NCBI GenBank assembly: GCA_018883165.1
Contig: VEQN01000002.1
Span: 12,134 to 76,133 of the forward strand
Direction: 5' to 3'
DNA length: 64,000 bases
From: Candidatus Tayloriibacteriota bacterium
GTDB lineage: Bacteria; Patescibacteriota; Minisyncoccia; Phycocordibacterales; CAIZLB01
Part shown: piece by piece, positions 10,786 to 20,861 of the stretch
Numbering within the stretch: the stretch's first letter is position 1
How the letters are laid out: the number at the start of each line of letters is the position of its first letter
Notes under the pieces: model-generated
Told to the model about the DNA's origin: nothing
What the model saw: only the letters and a program-made list of their open reading frames with translations
Databases searched by the model: none
Made by a program: the position numbers and the translations under genes

Positions 10786-10910
10786 TTGCGATTTTTATAT
10801 AAATGTAGTATTCTAGCCCCCAGTGCTTTTCGAAGCATTTTATTTTTAACCATTAACTGTGCGGAACACAGGATATGGCTTAGATAATTAGTAAATAACA
10901 ATACAGGCAC
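10786..10910 (+). promoter_or_regulatory. rpsL promoter and structured leader
   Basis: TTGCGA-17-TATTCT, then hairpin TGCTT-TTCG-AAGCA with T tract, and CTGTG-CGGAA-CACAG. Confidence 0.6.
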
Positions 10911-11327
10911 ATGCCTACACTTAATCAACTAGTTAAGAAAAATCGATCAAAGGCGAAGCGAAAGAGTAAAGCGGTAGCGCTCACTCGAGGTTTCAACGTA
11001 CTTTTGAACCGACCAGTTTTCTACAACTCACCGTTTAAGAAGGGCGTTTGTACTAAGGTAACTACAAAGACTCCAAAGAAGCCTAACTCAGCGATTCGAA
11101 AGATTTGCCGAGTACGACTTACAAACGGTCTTGAAGTTACTGCGTATATCCCAGGTGAAGGTCACAACCTACAAGAACACTCAGTAGTACTTCTACGAGG
11201 TGGACGAGTAAAAGACGTAGGTATTCGATATACAGTAGTACGAGGCGTTCTCGACTGTGCGGGAGTAGAGAAGCGACGAAAGGAGCGATCTGCGTACGGA
11301 GCAAAGAGACCAAAAGCAGCTAAGTAA
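10911..11327 (+). CDS. rpsL: 30S ribosomal protein S12
   Basis: Motifs PKKPNSA and [13 protein letters not shown]. Confidence 0.98.
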   Translation: MPTLNQLVKKNRSKAKRKSKAVALTRGFNVLLNRPVFYNSPFKKGVCTKVTTKTPKKPNSAIRKICRVRLTNGLEVTAYIPGEGHNLQEHSVVLLRGGRVKDVGIRYTVVRGVLDCAGVEKRRKERSAYGAKRPKAAK

Positions 11328-11439
11328 TCAAGGAGAAGGTAAACTCACTTAAATACCAAAGCAGAGTAAGCTATGTATAGACACAAATGCTGAAAAAATT
11401 CTGCGAATTATCAGAAAATTTCCCAATTAACACATAAAC

Positions 11440-11910
11440 ATGCGAAGAAAAGTAAAAAATCGAAATGTCGCTAAAGCTGACTTGAAATTCAATTCAGCTG
11501 AAGTGGGCAAGTTCATAAACTACTGTATGTGGAGTGGTAAAAAGAACACAGCTACACAGATTGTGTATCGAGCGTTCGATGCGATTGCAGAAAAGGAGAA
11601 AACAGAAAATCCAATTGAAGTTTTCAACACTGCTCTCAAAAATACTGCCCCATCTGTAGAAGTTCGATCACGACGAGTCGGTGGTGCAAACTACCAGGTT
11701 CCTCGAGATGTTCGACCGGAACGACGACAGTATCTTTCAATGAAGTGGATTATCGATGCAGCACGAGGCAAGAAGGGTCAACCTATGCACCTCAAGCTTG
11801 CGGATGAAATCATCGCAGCTTCAAAGAATGATGGTGAAGCAGTTCGAAAGAAGGAGAACACTCACAAGATGGCGGAAGCAAACAAAGCATTTGCACACTT
11901 TGCTTGGTAA
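11440..11910 (+). CDS. rpsG: 30S ribosomal protein S7
   Basis: Motifs RRVGGANYQVP and MAEANKAFAHF. Confidence 0.98.
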   Translation: MRRKVKNRNVAKADLKFNSAEVGKFINYCMWSGKKNTATQIVYRAFDAIAEKEKTENPIEVFNTALKNTAPSVEVRSRRVGGANYQVPRDVRPERRQYLSMKWIIDAARGKKGQPMHLKLADEIIAASKNDGEAVRKKENTHKMAEANKAFAHFAW

Positions 11911-11918
11911 AGAAACAA

Positions 11919-11950
11919 AAACAAAAGGCCCCGAAAGGGGCTTTTTGTTT
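11919..11950. terminator. Bidirectional intrinsic terminator after rpsG
   Basis: AAACAAAAGGCCCC-GAAA-GGGGCTTTTTGTTT. Confidence 0.88.
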
Positions 11951-12501
11951 TATATGAAGTTCCGTAATTTATTCTCTAAATCTTCTTCTGTACCAATATT
12001 TTCAATCTTAATGTCTGCATATCGTGACAGGTCTACAATCTCAGTTTCAGTTGCAACTTGCTCGTCCGCGACAAATTTTTCAAATGTCGTATGTGCTTCA
12101 TCAATTTTTTCACCTCGGTGTACTGTTCTGTCATATCGGACGGATACAGGAGCAGTGACATATATGACCATGTTGTTTTCAAAGCTTCGAACCATATCTA
12201 AGTCGGATTGCCATCGTATACTTTCATATACAACAATATCGGCACTACTTTTCTCAATCCTGTTTCTGAGCGCATCACTTAATGTGGTATCACCGTATTG
12301 TTTGTTCATAATGATGGCAAGATACTGCAAGTTGTTTCTGGTATGAGGTATGTTCCAAAGAGTGAGTGTCTCTGCAAGAAGAGCTGATGTTTTAACACAT
12401 TCAGTAGTTAAACCTTTGCTTTTGGATATTTTTGTAATTAGATCGACACATGTTCCTTTACCACTTCCTTTTTCTCCAATGATTCCAATTATTTTTTTCA
12501 C
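11950..12501 (-). CDS. P-loop nucleotide kinase-like protein (NMP/dephospho-CoA kinase fold)
   Basis: N-terminal GEKGSGKGT Walker A; ~180 aa; GTG start. Confidence 0.7.
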   Translation of the reverse strand: MKKIIGIIGEKGSGKGTCVDLITKISKSKGLTTECVKTSALLAETLTLWNIPHTRNNLQYLAIIMNKQYGDTTLSDALRNRIEKSSADIVVYESIRWQSDLDMVRSFENNMVIYVTAPVSVRYDRTVHRGEKIDEAHTTFEKFVADEQVATETEIVDLSRYADIKIENIGTEEDLENKLRNFI

Positions 12502-12649
12502 GAATATATAATAGCATTAATGTACGCTTTGACTCCTGTATCCTTAGGTGTAGTATTTGTACCTGGAGGGTACTCATGAGTCATTCGAGGATGCACCGAA
12601 TGTCTGCCGCTTTAGGTGGGCTAGAGTGATGAATGGTACTAAATTGTCA

Positions 12650-13150
12650 ATGAAATTGATTTTGTTTGTGCTCTTTGTGTTGTTGTTCTTGGGTCACCTT
12701 CGAGCAGGAGATCTCCGAGAGCAGATTGTCGGGGTATATACCCTTGCACCGAACGGGGTCATCGTGGGATCAAAACTAATCGTCGGCACCATTGCTGATG
12801 ATATTGACTTCGACTCACGTAGGAAGTTCCCCAAAGTCTTTTTTCTAATCGTTACATTGGTTGAGGATGGGCCAAGGAGAAGAGTTGTATCATTTGTGAC
12901 GCAAAAGATTGAAGAGCGTGATTCAATCAAAAAAGCGGATCAGTTCAAAATCGTTCCATCTGGTGATGGTCGCGATTGTGAAATCATTGGTACTATGGGT
13001 GGGGAAGTTGTGTATCGCCACAGGATGTTTTTCAGTAACCCACTTCCAAATTCTGAGCCTAACAATCAGCAAAAGAATGAGGAGAAGAAGGATCCTGTGC
13101 CGAAGAAACCTCGTATTAGGTCGAGTACAGGAGAATCTGCACTTACCTGA
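12650..13150 (+). CDS. Orphan secreted protein
   Basis: Signal-peptide-like MKLILFVLFVLLFLGHLRA; TTGACT promoter near 12529; terminator near 13190-13218. Confidence 0.6.
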   Translation: MKLILFVLFVLLFLGHLRAGDLREQIVGVYTLAPNGVIVGSKLIVGTIADDIDFDSRRKFPKVFFLIVTLVEDGPRRRVVSFVTQKIEERDSIKKADQFKIVPSGDGRDCEIIGTMGGEVVYRHRMFFSNPLPNSEPNNQQKNEEKKDPVPKKPRIRSSTGESALT

Positions 13151-13217
13151 TCAAAGCTGAGATCTACGAATTGTCTCGTGTTACATCAAAAGACCACCGG
13201 CGTAGCGGTGGTCTTTG

Positions 13218-13907
13218 TTATTCTAAGTCTTCAGGCGCCGTTATCCGTTTCCAGTATGTGGTATCGAACGCTTTAATCCTTCTTTCATGTGCTTTTGATA
13301 CGAAAGTCTGTGGTAACCCGTACTCATTCGAATTCGGAAGTTGAACCATTTCAATTTCAAAAAATTCAGGTGTTAACAAACATCCACCAGTATACATTTT
13401 GTTTATCGGAATCTTTGCTTCGGGGTCCTCAACAATATCAATTAAATTACCATCTTTGTTTACGATGCATTTACCAGCAGACATTGGTTTGCTTGAGTTT
13501 TCCAGAAGAACCGACCACTCTTGGGTCACCTTGTGATGGTTAATCATGTGCTGAATGTCATCTCTTGCATACAAATCATCACCCATGAGTACGATGAAGG
13601 GAGAATCTATGAGATATTCCTTGGCTTGATGAAGAGCGTGAGCTGTCCCAAGAAGTTCCGTCTGTGTCGCATAGTTGACGGGGATGGTTTTGCCTTCTCT
13701 TGTTGTGTAGAGATCGCCAAATTTTTCTTTAATCTGTTCGCCTAGGTGTCCAATTACAAACACGATCTCAGAGATCTCTGCGGGCAGGCTTTCAATTTTA
13801 TGTTCGATGAGTGTTTTACCTTTATATTGTAAAAGTGGTTTTGGGGTATGATTTGATGATTCACCCATTCTCTTACCCTTACCAGCTGCGAGAATTACCA
13901 GTTTCAT
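13218..13907 (-). CDS. Sugar-phosphate nucleotidyltransferase
   Basis: Motifs ILAAGKGKRM, PKPLL, LGTAHAL, VLMGDDLY. Confidence 0.88.
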   Translation of the reverse strand: MKLVILAAGKGKRMGESSNHTPKPLLQYKGKTLIEHKIESLPAEISEIVFVIGHLGEQIKEKFGDLYTTREGKTIPVNYATQTELLGTAHALHQAKEYLIDSPFIVLMGDDLYARDDIQHMINHHKVTQEWSVLLENSSKPMSAGKCIVNKDGNLIDIVEDPEAKIPINKMYTGGCLLTPEFFEIEMVQLPNSNEYGLPQTFVSKAHERRIKAFDTTYWKRITAPEDLE

Positions 13908-14050
13908 AGGTTGAAAAGTATATCATGCGTAAAGGGGGGTGGGTGTATTGTCAATGCCTAAAAATAATGCTATTTTATCCCCACGACGTAAGTCGGTGCT
14001 TTATTAATTTTTTATTTAAAATTCAACTACCCAAAAGGTAATACATATAT

Positions 14051-16198
14051 ATGGAACAGAGAGATTATCCACTAGAGAAAGTACGAAACTTCGGTATCAT
14101 CGCGCACATCGATGCCGGAAAGACAACAACATCAGAGCGAATCCTTTACTACACTGGTATGTCACACAAGATCGGTGAGGTACACGAAGGTGAAGCTGTA
14201 ACGGACTGGATGGAACAGGAAAAAGAGCGAGGTATTACAATTACCGCCGCTGCTATCACATGTTTCTGGAACCCAACATACATGGGTACAGACCTTTCTC
14301 GAAAGCACCGATTCAACATTATTGATACTCCTGGTCACGTAGACTTCACAGTAGAAGTAGAACGATCTCTTAAAGTACTCGACGGTGGAGTTGTGGTATT
14401 CGACGGTGTAGCCGGCGTAGAACCACAATCAGAAACTGTATGGCGACAAGCTGACAAGTACCATGTACCTCGAATTTGTTTCATCAACAAACTCGACCGA
14501 ACAGGTGCTTCATTTGAACGATCATACCAGTCTATCCTTGATCGACTTAACAAAAACGCTGTTCGAGCACAGCTTCCAATTGGATCAGAAGGTGATTTTG
14601 AAGGTGTAATTGACCTTCTCAAGATGAAGGCATACAAGTTCGAAGGAGATATGGGTAACCAGGTTATCGAATATGATATTCCTGCAAACATGGTTGAAGA
14701 AGCAACAAAGCGACGAGCTGAATTTGTTGAGAAGATTGTTGAATTTGATGAAGAGATGATGAATCAGTACCTTGAAGGTAAGACTGATTTCGCGATCGAT
14801 GATCTTAAGAAGGCTCTTCGAAAAGGTGTAATTGCAAACAAGGTATTCCCGGTATTCACCGGTTCTGCTCTAAAGAACAAGGGTACTCAGCTCATTCTTG
14901 ACGCTGTTATCGATTACCTTCCATCTCCACTCGATATTCCAGCGGTGAAAGGTATTGATCCAAATACTGGTGAACAAATTGAACGAACGGCATCTGATAC
15001 AGAACCGTTTGCTGCACTTGCATTCAAACTTCAGACAGATCCATTCGTAGGTCAGCTTACATTCTTCCGAGTGTACTCAGGAACAGTAGAAGCTGGTTCA
15101 TACCTCTACAACTCAACAACAGGTCAGAAAGAAAGACTTGGACGAATTGTACGGCTTCAGGCTAACAAGCGAGAAGAAGTAAAGAAGGTATTCGCGGGTG
15201 AAATTGCAGCTGCTGTAGGTCTTAAGGATGCGAAGACATCTCATACATTCTGTGATGAGAATAAGCCAATCGTACTTGATCCTATCAAGTTCGCAGAACC
15301 TGTAGTATCTCTCCGAATCGAACCAAAAACAAAGGCAGATCAGGAGAAGATGGGTATGGCACTTAAGAAGCTTTCTGATGAAGATCCAACATTTAGAATT
15401 TCATCAAACCAGGAAACTGGAGAAACAATCATTTCAGGTATGGGTGAACTCCATCTTGAAATTATGATTGACCGAATGAAGCGAGAATTCGGAGTTGAGG
15501 CAAACGTAGGTAAGCCACAGGTAGCGTACCGAGAAACAATTCAAGGATCAGCTGAAGAAGAATACAAGTATATCAAGCAGTCTGGAGGTAAGGGTCAATA
15601 CGGTCACGTTAAACTTACAATCAAGAAGCTTGAACCAATTGAAGAAGGTGCGAAAATTCCAAAGAACGTTCACCGAGAAGATGGATTTGAATTCATTGAC
15701 TCTATTAAAGGAGGTGTTATTCCACAGGAATTCATCCCAGCGGTAGAGAAGGGTGTTAAGGAAGCTATGGAACGAGGTATCGTTGCAGGATTCCCAATGA
15801 CAGATGTATCTTGTGAACTTACATTCGGTTCATACCACGATGTGGACTCATCTGAAATCGCGTACAAGATCGCAGGTTCTCAGGCATTCCAGGCAGCTGC
15901 TAAGCGAGCTCGACCAGTTATCCTTGAGCCAATCATGAAGGTAGAAGTGGTAACACCTGAACAGTTCATGGGTGATTGTACTGGTTCTCTCTCATCAAAA
16001 CGAGGTCAGATTGAAGGTATGGAAGACCGAGGAATGAACAAAGCGATTCGAGCTATGGTTCCTCTATCTGAAATGTTCGGTTACACAACAGAACTTCGAT
16101 CAATGACACAAGGACGAGGTTCAATGACTATGGAATTTGATCACTATGATGTGGTTCCTCCAAACGTTGAAAAAACTATCGTTGAGTCACGAAAGTAG
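14051..16198 (+). CDS. fusA: Elongation factor G
   Basis: Motifs [24 protein letters not shown]. Confidence 0.99.
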   Translation: MEQRDYPLEKVRNFGIIAHIDAGKTTTSERILYYTGMSHKIGEVHEGEAVTDWMEQEKERGITITAAAITCFWNPTYMGTDLSRKHRFNIIDTPGHVDFTVEVERSLKVLDGGVVVFDGVAGVEPQSETVWRQADKYHVPRICFINKLDRTGASFERSYQSILDRLNKNAVRAQLPIGSEGDFEGVIDLLKMKAYKFEGDMGNQVIEYDIPANMVEEATKRRAEFVEKIVEFDEEMMNQYLEGKTDFAIDDLKKALRKGVIANKVFPVFTGSALKNKGTQLILDAVIDYLPSPLDIPAVKGIDPNTGEQIERTASDTEPFAALAFKLQTDPFVGQLTFFRVYSGTVEAGSYLYNSTTGQKERLGRIVRLQANKREEVKKVFAGEIAAAVGLKDAKTSHTFCDENKPIVLDPIKFAEPVVSLRIEPKTKADQEKMGMALKKLSDEDPTFRISSNQETGETIISGMGELHLEIMIDRMKREFGVEANVGKPQVAYRETIQGSAEEEYKYIKQSGGKGQYGHVKLTIKKLEPIEEGAKIPKNVHREDGFEFIDSIKGGVIPQEFIPAVEKGVKEAMERGIVAGFPMTDVSCELTFGSYHDVDSSEIAYKIAGSQAFQAAAKRARPVILEPIMKVEVVTPEQFMGDCTGSLSSKRGQIEGMEDRGMNKAIRAMVPLSEMFGYTTELRSMTQGRGSMTMEFDHYDVVPPNVEKTIVESRK

Positions 16199-16206
16199 TC
16201 TATATA

Positions 16207-16235
16207 CAAAAAGCCCCGAAAGGGGCTTTTTGATT
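16207..16235. terminator. Bidirectional terminator, direct-repeat copy 1
   Basis: CAAAAAGCCCC-GAAA-GGGGCTTTTTGATT. Confidence 0.88.
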
Positions 16236-17055
16236 ATGAATCACGCCTTTCAATTTTATTCACAAGCTCTTCAATAAATTCTTTTTGTCGTATTTTCCTA
16301 CCATACCCTCTAGCTAATGTATAAAGTTCATATAGGAAATTCATGATGGTTTCATTGTGTATTTCAATTGACACCTCGTCTTTCCAATTAACTAAGTATG
16401 CTGTACCTCTAATGAAAAATAACTCAGTTGGCGTTTGTAAGTATTTCTTATCGATACTGGCGTTATTACTTGGTCTTGGAGCGAATTTTCTTAACTCATT
16501 GAGCGCAAATTCTTTGCCTCGTTCTTTTTTCAATATAGTGTATACGAATTCGTAACAGGTTTCGTTTACCAACGCTTCCGATACAATACCTTTTGTATTA
16601 AGGGCGTCATTACTTGGATACAAGGAGTTAATACCAAGTTTTTTAAAAGTGTATTTTATCGATTCGTTTGGTTGAATTGATACAACTTTCTCTCCGGCTT
16701 TTAGATCAGCAATTTTTCTCCATACCGCATGGCAAGCATCAATTCCTTTCGTTATGACTATGTCTCTAGAAATATGTATACTATTTTTTTCACCGTGATA
16801 CAGAATATTGATTCTCCCGAGTACCTTCTCTTTATCTGCCAGCTTGTACCCTTTGATTTTGTTGTTCATCACATATTCAATCAACCCTCTTTTATTGAGA
16901 GATTGTACGGCATCGTGCACGGTCATTCTGGGAATTTTTAGAGTTTTTGATATACCAGAAACACTTACAACACAGCTCTCTTTAATCTTCGTGAAGTCTC
17001 TGACGTACTCAAATATACGCAATTCAGTTTTGGTCAATTTGAATACATCGTACAT
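16234..17055 (-). CDS. TrmB-like HTH transcriptional regulator
   Basis: N-terminal wHTH (VSGISKTLKIPRMTVHDAVQSLNKRGLI); ~270 aa; same layout as 42194-42985. Confidence 0.7.
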   Translation of the reverse strand: MYDVFKLTKTELRIFEYVRDFTKIKESCVVSVSGISKTLKIPRMTVHDAVQSLNKRGLIEYVMNNKIKGYKLADKEKVLGRINILYHGEKNSIHISRDIVITKGIDACHAVWRKIADLKAGEKVVSIQPNESIKYTFKKLGINSLYPSNDALNTKGIVSEALVNETCYEFVYTILKKERGKEFALNELRKFAPRPSNNASIDKKYLQTPTELFFIRGTAYLVNWKDEVSIEIHNETIMNFLYELYTLARGYGRKIRQKEFIEELVNKIERRDS

Positions 17056-17178
17056 GGTATGACGGAATATACCGTCACTCTTAATATAGCATAATATTGT
17101 TGTTTTACAACATTAAAATGGATTTCTGAATTATGTTTAATATCAATCCAGCAACACATATTTACATATGGCAATATT

Positions 17179-18288
17179 ATGGCCATGAAAAAAAATAATA
17201 AATATATATACCTAGCAACTGCCTTGCTCATAGCCGTGTTTGTATATGGTAGTTTGGGTACAAAAAAGAGTGATAATGTTGATATTGGGGTAATTAGTAT
17301 CCTTTCTGGCCAGTTCGCTTCAATCGGTGAAAATTATGTCAAAGGAGTCCGATTGGCTGAGGAAGTGTACGAGAGCAATCATCTTGGTACCATAGTTAAC
17401 CTTCACGTTGAAGACGATGGTTTTGATCCAAAGAAGGGTATATCTGCATTTAAAAAATTAACGACATTAAATAATATTGATGGTTTGGTAAATATATCTA
17501 GTCCCACAATTGATTCTGTTAACAAAGATATTAATTCTCTTGAGATACCAACAACTCAATTCGGTATTCAAAGTGATGGGGTTGCTGATGATTACATCTT
17601 CCAGATTAGCCCGGATCCAAAAGTACCGATTACAAGATTCGGAAAGTATTTGCTAGAAAACACAAGCTTTAAGAAAGTTGCAGTGGTATATGAGAATGGT
17701 CAGCCATTTGATCAGTTTTATAAAGCAATGAAAGAATCATACGGTACGGGTAATACTGTTCCAATGCTCATTCAGAATAAGTCCGATATTCAAACATACG
17801 CCACAAAGATTGCACTCCAAGACTTTGATGCTGTAATCATTCTTGCTATGCCAGAATCAGGTGCATTGTTAGTCAAAAAAGTGAGTGAGCTTACAAAAAA
17901 TGAAATAACATACGCGATTGATGCTCAGTTTCAAACAGGACACGAAATCTACAAACAGATACTTGGAAATTTCGGAGTTTTGGAGGGTTCGTACTCATTA
18001 TGGCTTGCTTCAGACGACAAAGTAAACTTTAAGGAGAGATATTTTGAAAAATATAAAGAACAGCCAGGTTCTTTTGCTGATTCGGGGTATGATGCATTTA
18101 TGGTCTTGATGAATGCATATAATAAAGATAAAAAGGTTTGGCAAAAAAATATTGCCTTAACAAAGGTATCAGGAGCAAGTGGTAACATATCATTTGATGC
18201 CAAGGGAATAAGAAATCAGGATTTCGAAGTTAAAAAAATCATAAATGGAGAGGTTCAGGTAATTGACCACATTAAAATGACTGAGTAG
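17179..18288 (+). CDS. LivJ/LivK-family ABC substrate-binding protein
   Basis: N-terminal anchor, IGVISILSG, VEDDGFDP, GYDAF, GASGNISFD. Confidence 0.85.
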   Translation: MAMKKNNKYIYLATALLIAVFVYGSLGTKKSDNVDIGVISILSGQFASIGENYVKGVRLAEEVYESNHLGTIVNLHVEDDGFDPKKGISAFKKLTTLNNIDGLVNISSPTIDSVNKDINSLEIPTTQFGIQSDGVADDYIFQISPDPKVPITRFGKYLLENTSFKKVAVVYENGQPFDQFYKAMKESYGTGNTVPMLIQNKSDIQTYATKIALQDFDAVIILAMPESGALLVKKVSELTKNEITYAIDAQFQTGHEIYKQILGNFGVLEGSYSLWLASDDKVNFKERYFEKYKEQPGSFADSGYDAFMVLMNAYNKDKKVWQKNIALTKVSGASGNISFDAKGIRNQDFEVKKIINGEVQVIDHIKMTE

Positions 18289-18297
18289 TAGTGTGTT

Positions 18298-18326
18298 CAA
18301 AAAGCCCCGCAAGGGGCTTTTTGATT
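18298..18326. terminator. Terminator, direct-repeat copy 2
   Basis: CAAAAAGCCCC-GCAA-GGGGCTTTTTGATT. Confidence 0.88.
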
Positions 18327-18343
18327 TGATATACTATATCCAT

Positions 18344-18679
18344 ATGTCAGAACGTGCACCAAATGAATCACAGCCAGGTCTCAAGGAGGCTCTTATACAG
18401 GTCGGCGTTTCTCCTGAGGCAGCGCGAAATCCAAAAGAAGCAGTCGCTGGGCTCATAGCAAGTGCACGTGAGGTCTCGGTAATATTGTCTGGCCTCAAGG
18501 AGAAAAAGAGGACACTTGAATTAGAGTTGGTGGCACTTAAAAGAGATGCGGCGGAAATGAAAATTAATGAGATACGGGCGTTAGAGCGATTAGTTGCTGA
18601 GGTCACAAGAGATCAAGATGAAACACATGCTAGTCTAGCGGAGCTGTATCTAATTCTGGAAGGAGTGCCTAAGGAATAG
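18344..18679 (+). CDS. Hypothetical coiled-coil protein
   Basis: ATG 8 nt after TGATATACT; heptad-like Leu/Glu pattern. Confidence 0.6.
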   Translation: MSERAPNESQPGLKEALIQVGVSPEAARNPKEAVAGLIASAREVSVILSGLKEKKRTLELELVALKRDAAEMKINEIRALERLVAEVTRDQDETHASLAELYLILEGVPKE

Positions 18680-18752
18680 GGGGAATAACTAGGATACAAT
18701 TTACAAAACAAAAAAGATTTACCCACGTCTAATACGTGGTATTCTTTTTTGC

Positions 18753-20324
18753 ATGAAAGCACCGGCTGCAATATTTTTTGAAAACAAATTACGTAAGATT
18801 GGTGATGCCCAAGGTAATACTGAAAAAAGAATTTTCCAAAGACCTGATATTACACAAAAGATACAATATGGTGAGATACGAAAAGTGCACTTAACAGGTG
18901 TATGTGGTAAGGCCATGTCGTCACTTGCAGGTCTTTTTGTTGAGGCTGGATTTGTAGTTTCAGGATCTGACGTTGGGTGTTACCCACCAGCAAGTGACAT
19001 GATTGAAGAACTTGGAATTGTATTTTATGAAGGATACTCAGAAGAACATGTGAAGGATAAGGATTTGGTGATTATTGCAAATATGTTTGGCCCTGATAAT
19101 GCAGAAGCAAAATATGTCCGAGAAAATAACATACCAAGTATGTCTATGTCAGAAGCGATTCGGGAGTTTTTCATCAAAGACAAAGAATCTATTGTAATTA
19201 CTGGTACACACGGAAAGACTACGACTACTGGTCTAGCAGCACATGTCTTTATGGCAGCAAAAAGAAATCCGGGATTTGTTGTTGGTGGTGTGGCTGTACC
19301 AACAGTAAACGGAATTACGGAAACAAGTTTTAGTGCTGGTCCAGATAAAAAAGGTGATACGAGTCAAGGACAAAAAGGTTTTTTCATCATCGAAGGTGAT
19401 GAGTACGACACCGCATATTTTGATAAGGCACCTAAGTTTCTCCACTATAAACCAACGATTGCAGTGGTGACATCACTAGAGTTTGATCATGCTGATATAT
19501 ATAGTGATTTTAATGAATATAAGAAATCCTTTGTCTTTTTAGCAGAGGAGGTTTCAAATGATGGACACCTGGTTCTAAATGGCGATAGTGACGAGGTTAC
19601 GAGTCTGGCCCCGCACACATCGGCACATGTCGCATATTACGGTTTAAAAGACATAAATGATTTTGTTGCAAAAGATATTACTGTGACCGAAGAGGGCCAG
19701 AGCTTCACTGTCCTATATAAAGGACAGGATTTGGGAAGGTACTCAATATGTCTTTTTGGTGCATACAATGTAATGAATGCACTTGCCGTGTTCGCGGCAT
19801 CATATCTCTCAGGTCTTTCTCTTGATGAAATTCGAGCGGGTCTGGAAACATTTAAAGGTATGAAAAGACGACAGGAGATAATTGGAAAACCTAAGGGTGT
19901 AATTCTTATCGATGACTTTGCACATCATCCAACCGCTGTTCGAGAAACACTACAGGGTATTCGAGAACATTTCCCAAAGAATAAATTAATAGCCGTATTC
20001 GAGCCAAGATCAAATACAAGTAGAAAGAAAATGTTTGAAGATGATTACGCGCACGCTTTTCAGTCAGCCGATGAACTGTATCTATCAATGCCAGCCCTAA
20101 GAGAAATGGATAATCCCGCTGATTTTATAGATGGAACTGTAATTGTTGAAACTGCTATAAAAGTGTCTAAAAATAAGGATTTTAGAGCGTTTTGTGTACG
20201 TAACTGTGATGAGGTTCTGGAACAGTTGGTGCCTACTCTGAAAGAGGGTGATGTGGTAGTAATGATGAGTAATGGATCGTTTGATGGAATATATGAGAAA
20301 ATTCTGAATAAACTTTCTGCATAG
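18753..20324 (+). CDS. mpl: MurC/Mpl family ligase, most like murein peptide ligase Mpl
   Basis: Motifs GVCGKAMSSLA, GTHGKTTT, EGDEYDTAYFDK, DDFAHHPT, FEPRSNT. Confidence 0.75.
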   Translation: MKAPAAIFFENKLRKIGDAQGNTEKRIFQRPDITQKIQYGEIRKVHLTGVCGKAMSSLAGLFVEAGFVVSGSDVGCYPPASDMIEELGIVFYEGYSEEHVKDKDLVIIANMFGPDNAEAKYVRENNIPSMSMSEAIREFFIKDKESIVITGTHGKTTTTGLAAHVFMAAKRNPGFVVGGVAVPTVNGITETSFSAGPDKKGDTSQGQKGFFIIEGDEYDTAYFDKAPKFLHYKPTIAVVTSLEFDHADIYSDFNEYKKSFVFLAEEVSNDGHLVLNGDSDEVTSLAPHTSAHVAYYGLKDINDFVAKDITVTEEGQSFTVLYKGQDLGRYSICLFGAYNVMNALAVFAASYLSGLSLDEIRAGLETFKGMKRRQEIIGKPKGVILIDDFAHHPTAVRETLQGIREHFPKNKLIAVFEPRSNTSRKKMFEDDYAHAFQSADELYLSMPALREMDNPADFIDGTVIVETAIKVSKNKDFRAFCVRNCDEVLEQLVPTLKEGDVVVMMSNGSFDGIYEKILNKLSA

Positions 20325-20489
20325 GTATTGCACGATTAAAAACCGAGGTATACAATTTATCTTAACTTGCTCTGTTACACACAGAATACAAGCCTTGGTA
20401 CCCAAGACAGGAAGCTTCGCTTGCCGAATGTTTTGAGATGATTACCAATTGCAAGGTGTCAGATCGAAAGAGTTCAACCTCATAGGATC

Positions 20490-20753
20490 ATGAAAACCAT
20501 CAAGCACTTGTTCCTCGCACTGGTCGTGGCCATCGTCGCCACTTCACTCGCAGCCCCAGGCAATCCGCCCGTGACTGCTTCGTCCGCCAAACCCACTGTC
20601 TCCACAGAGCTGGAGCACCTTGGGCTTGGTCCATCCCTGCCGCTGAAAAAGCTGGTCTTGGGCGCCGCCGATACACCGCCGAAACTTGGAGGGAGCACTG
20701 ACGAAGGTCAGGCTGCTGCCGAAGAGACGGTTGGTGCGGTTCTCGTGACCTAA
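20490..20753 (+). CDS. GC-rich orphan small secreted protein (87 aa)
   Basis: Signal-peptide-like N-terminus; about two-thirds of codons end in G/C (hand count); promoter TTGCAC-17-TACAAT at 20328-20356. Confidence 0.65.
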   Translation: MKTIKHLFLALVVAIVATSLAAPGNPPVTASSAKPTVSTELEHLGLGPSLPLKKLVLGAADTPPKLGGSTDEGQAAAEETVGAVLVT

Positions 20754-20797
20754 GCGATTACCAAGCGCACAAGTTAAGGTCAGTTGAATACTCTGCA

Positions 20798-20860
20798 CCC
20801 GCAGAACCTTGAGAATCGCCATCTGAGTATGGTTGAATCAACGGGTTCTGCGGGCTTTTT
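20798..20860 (+). terminator. Long terminator hairpin
   Basis: CCCGCAGAACC...GGTTCTGCGGG-CTTTTT. Confidence 0.8.
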
Positions 20861-20861
20861 G

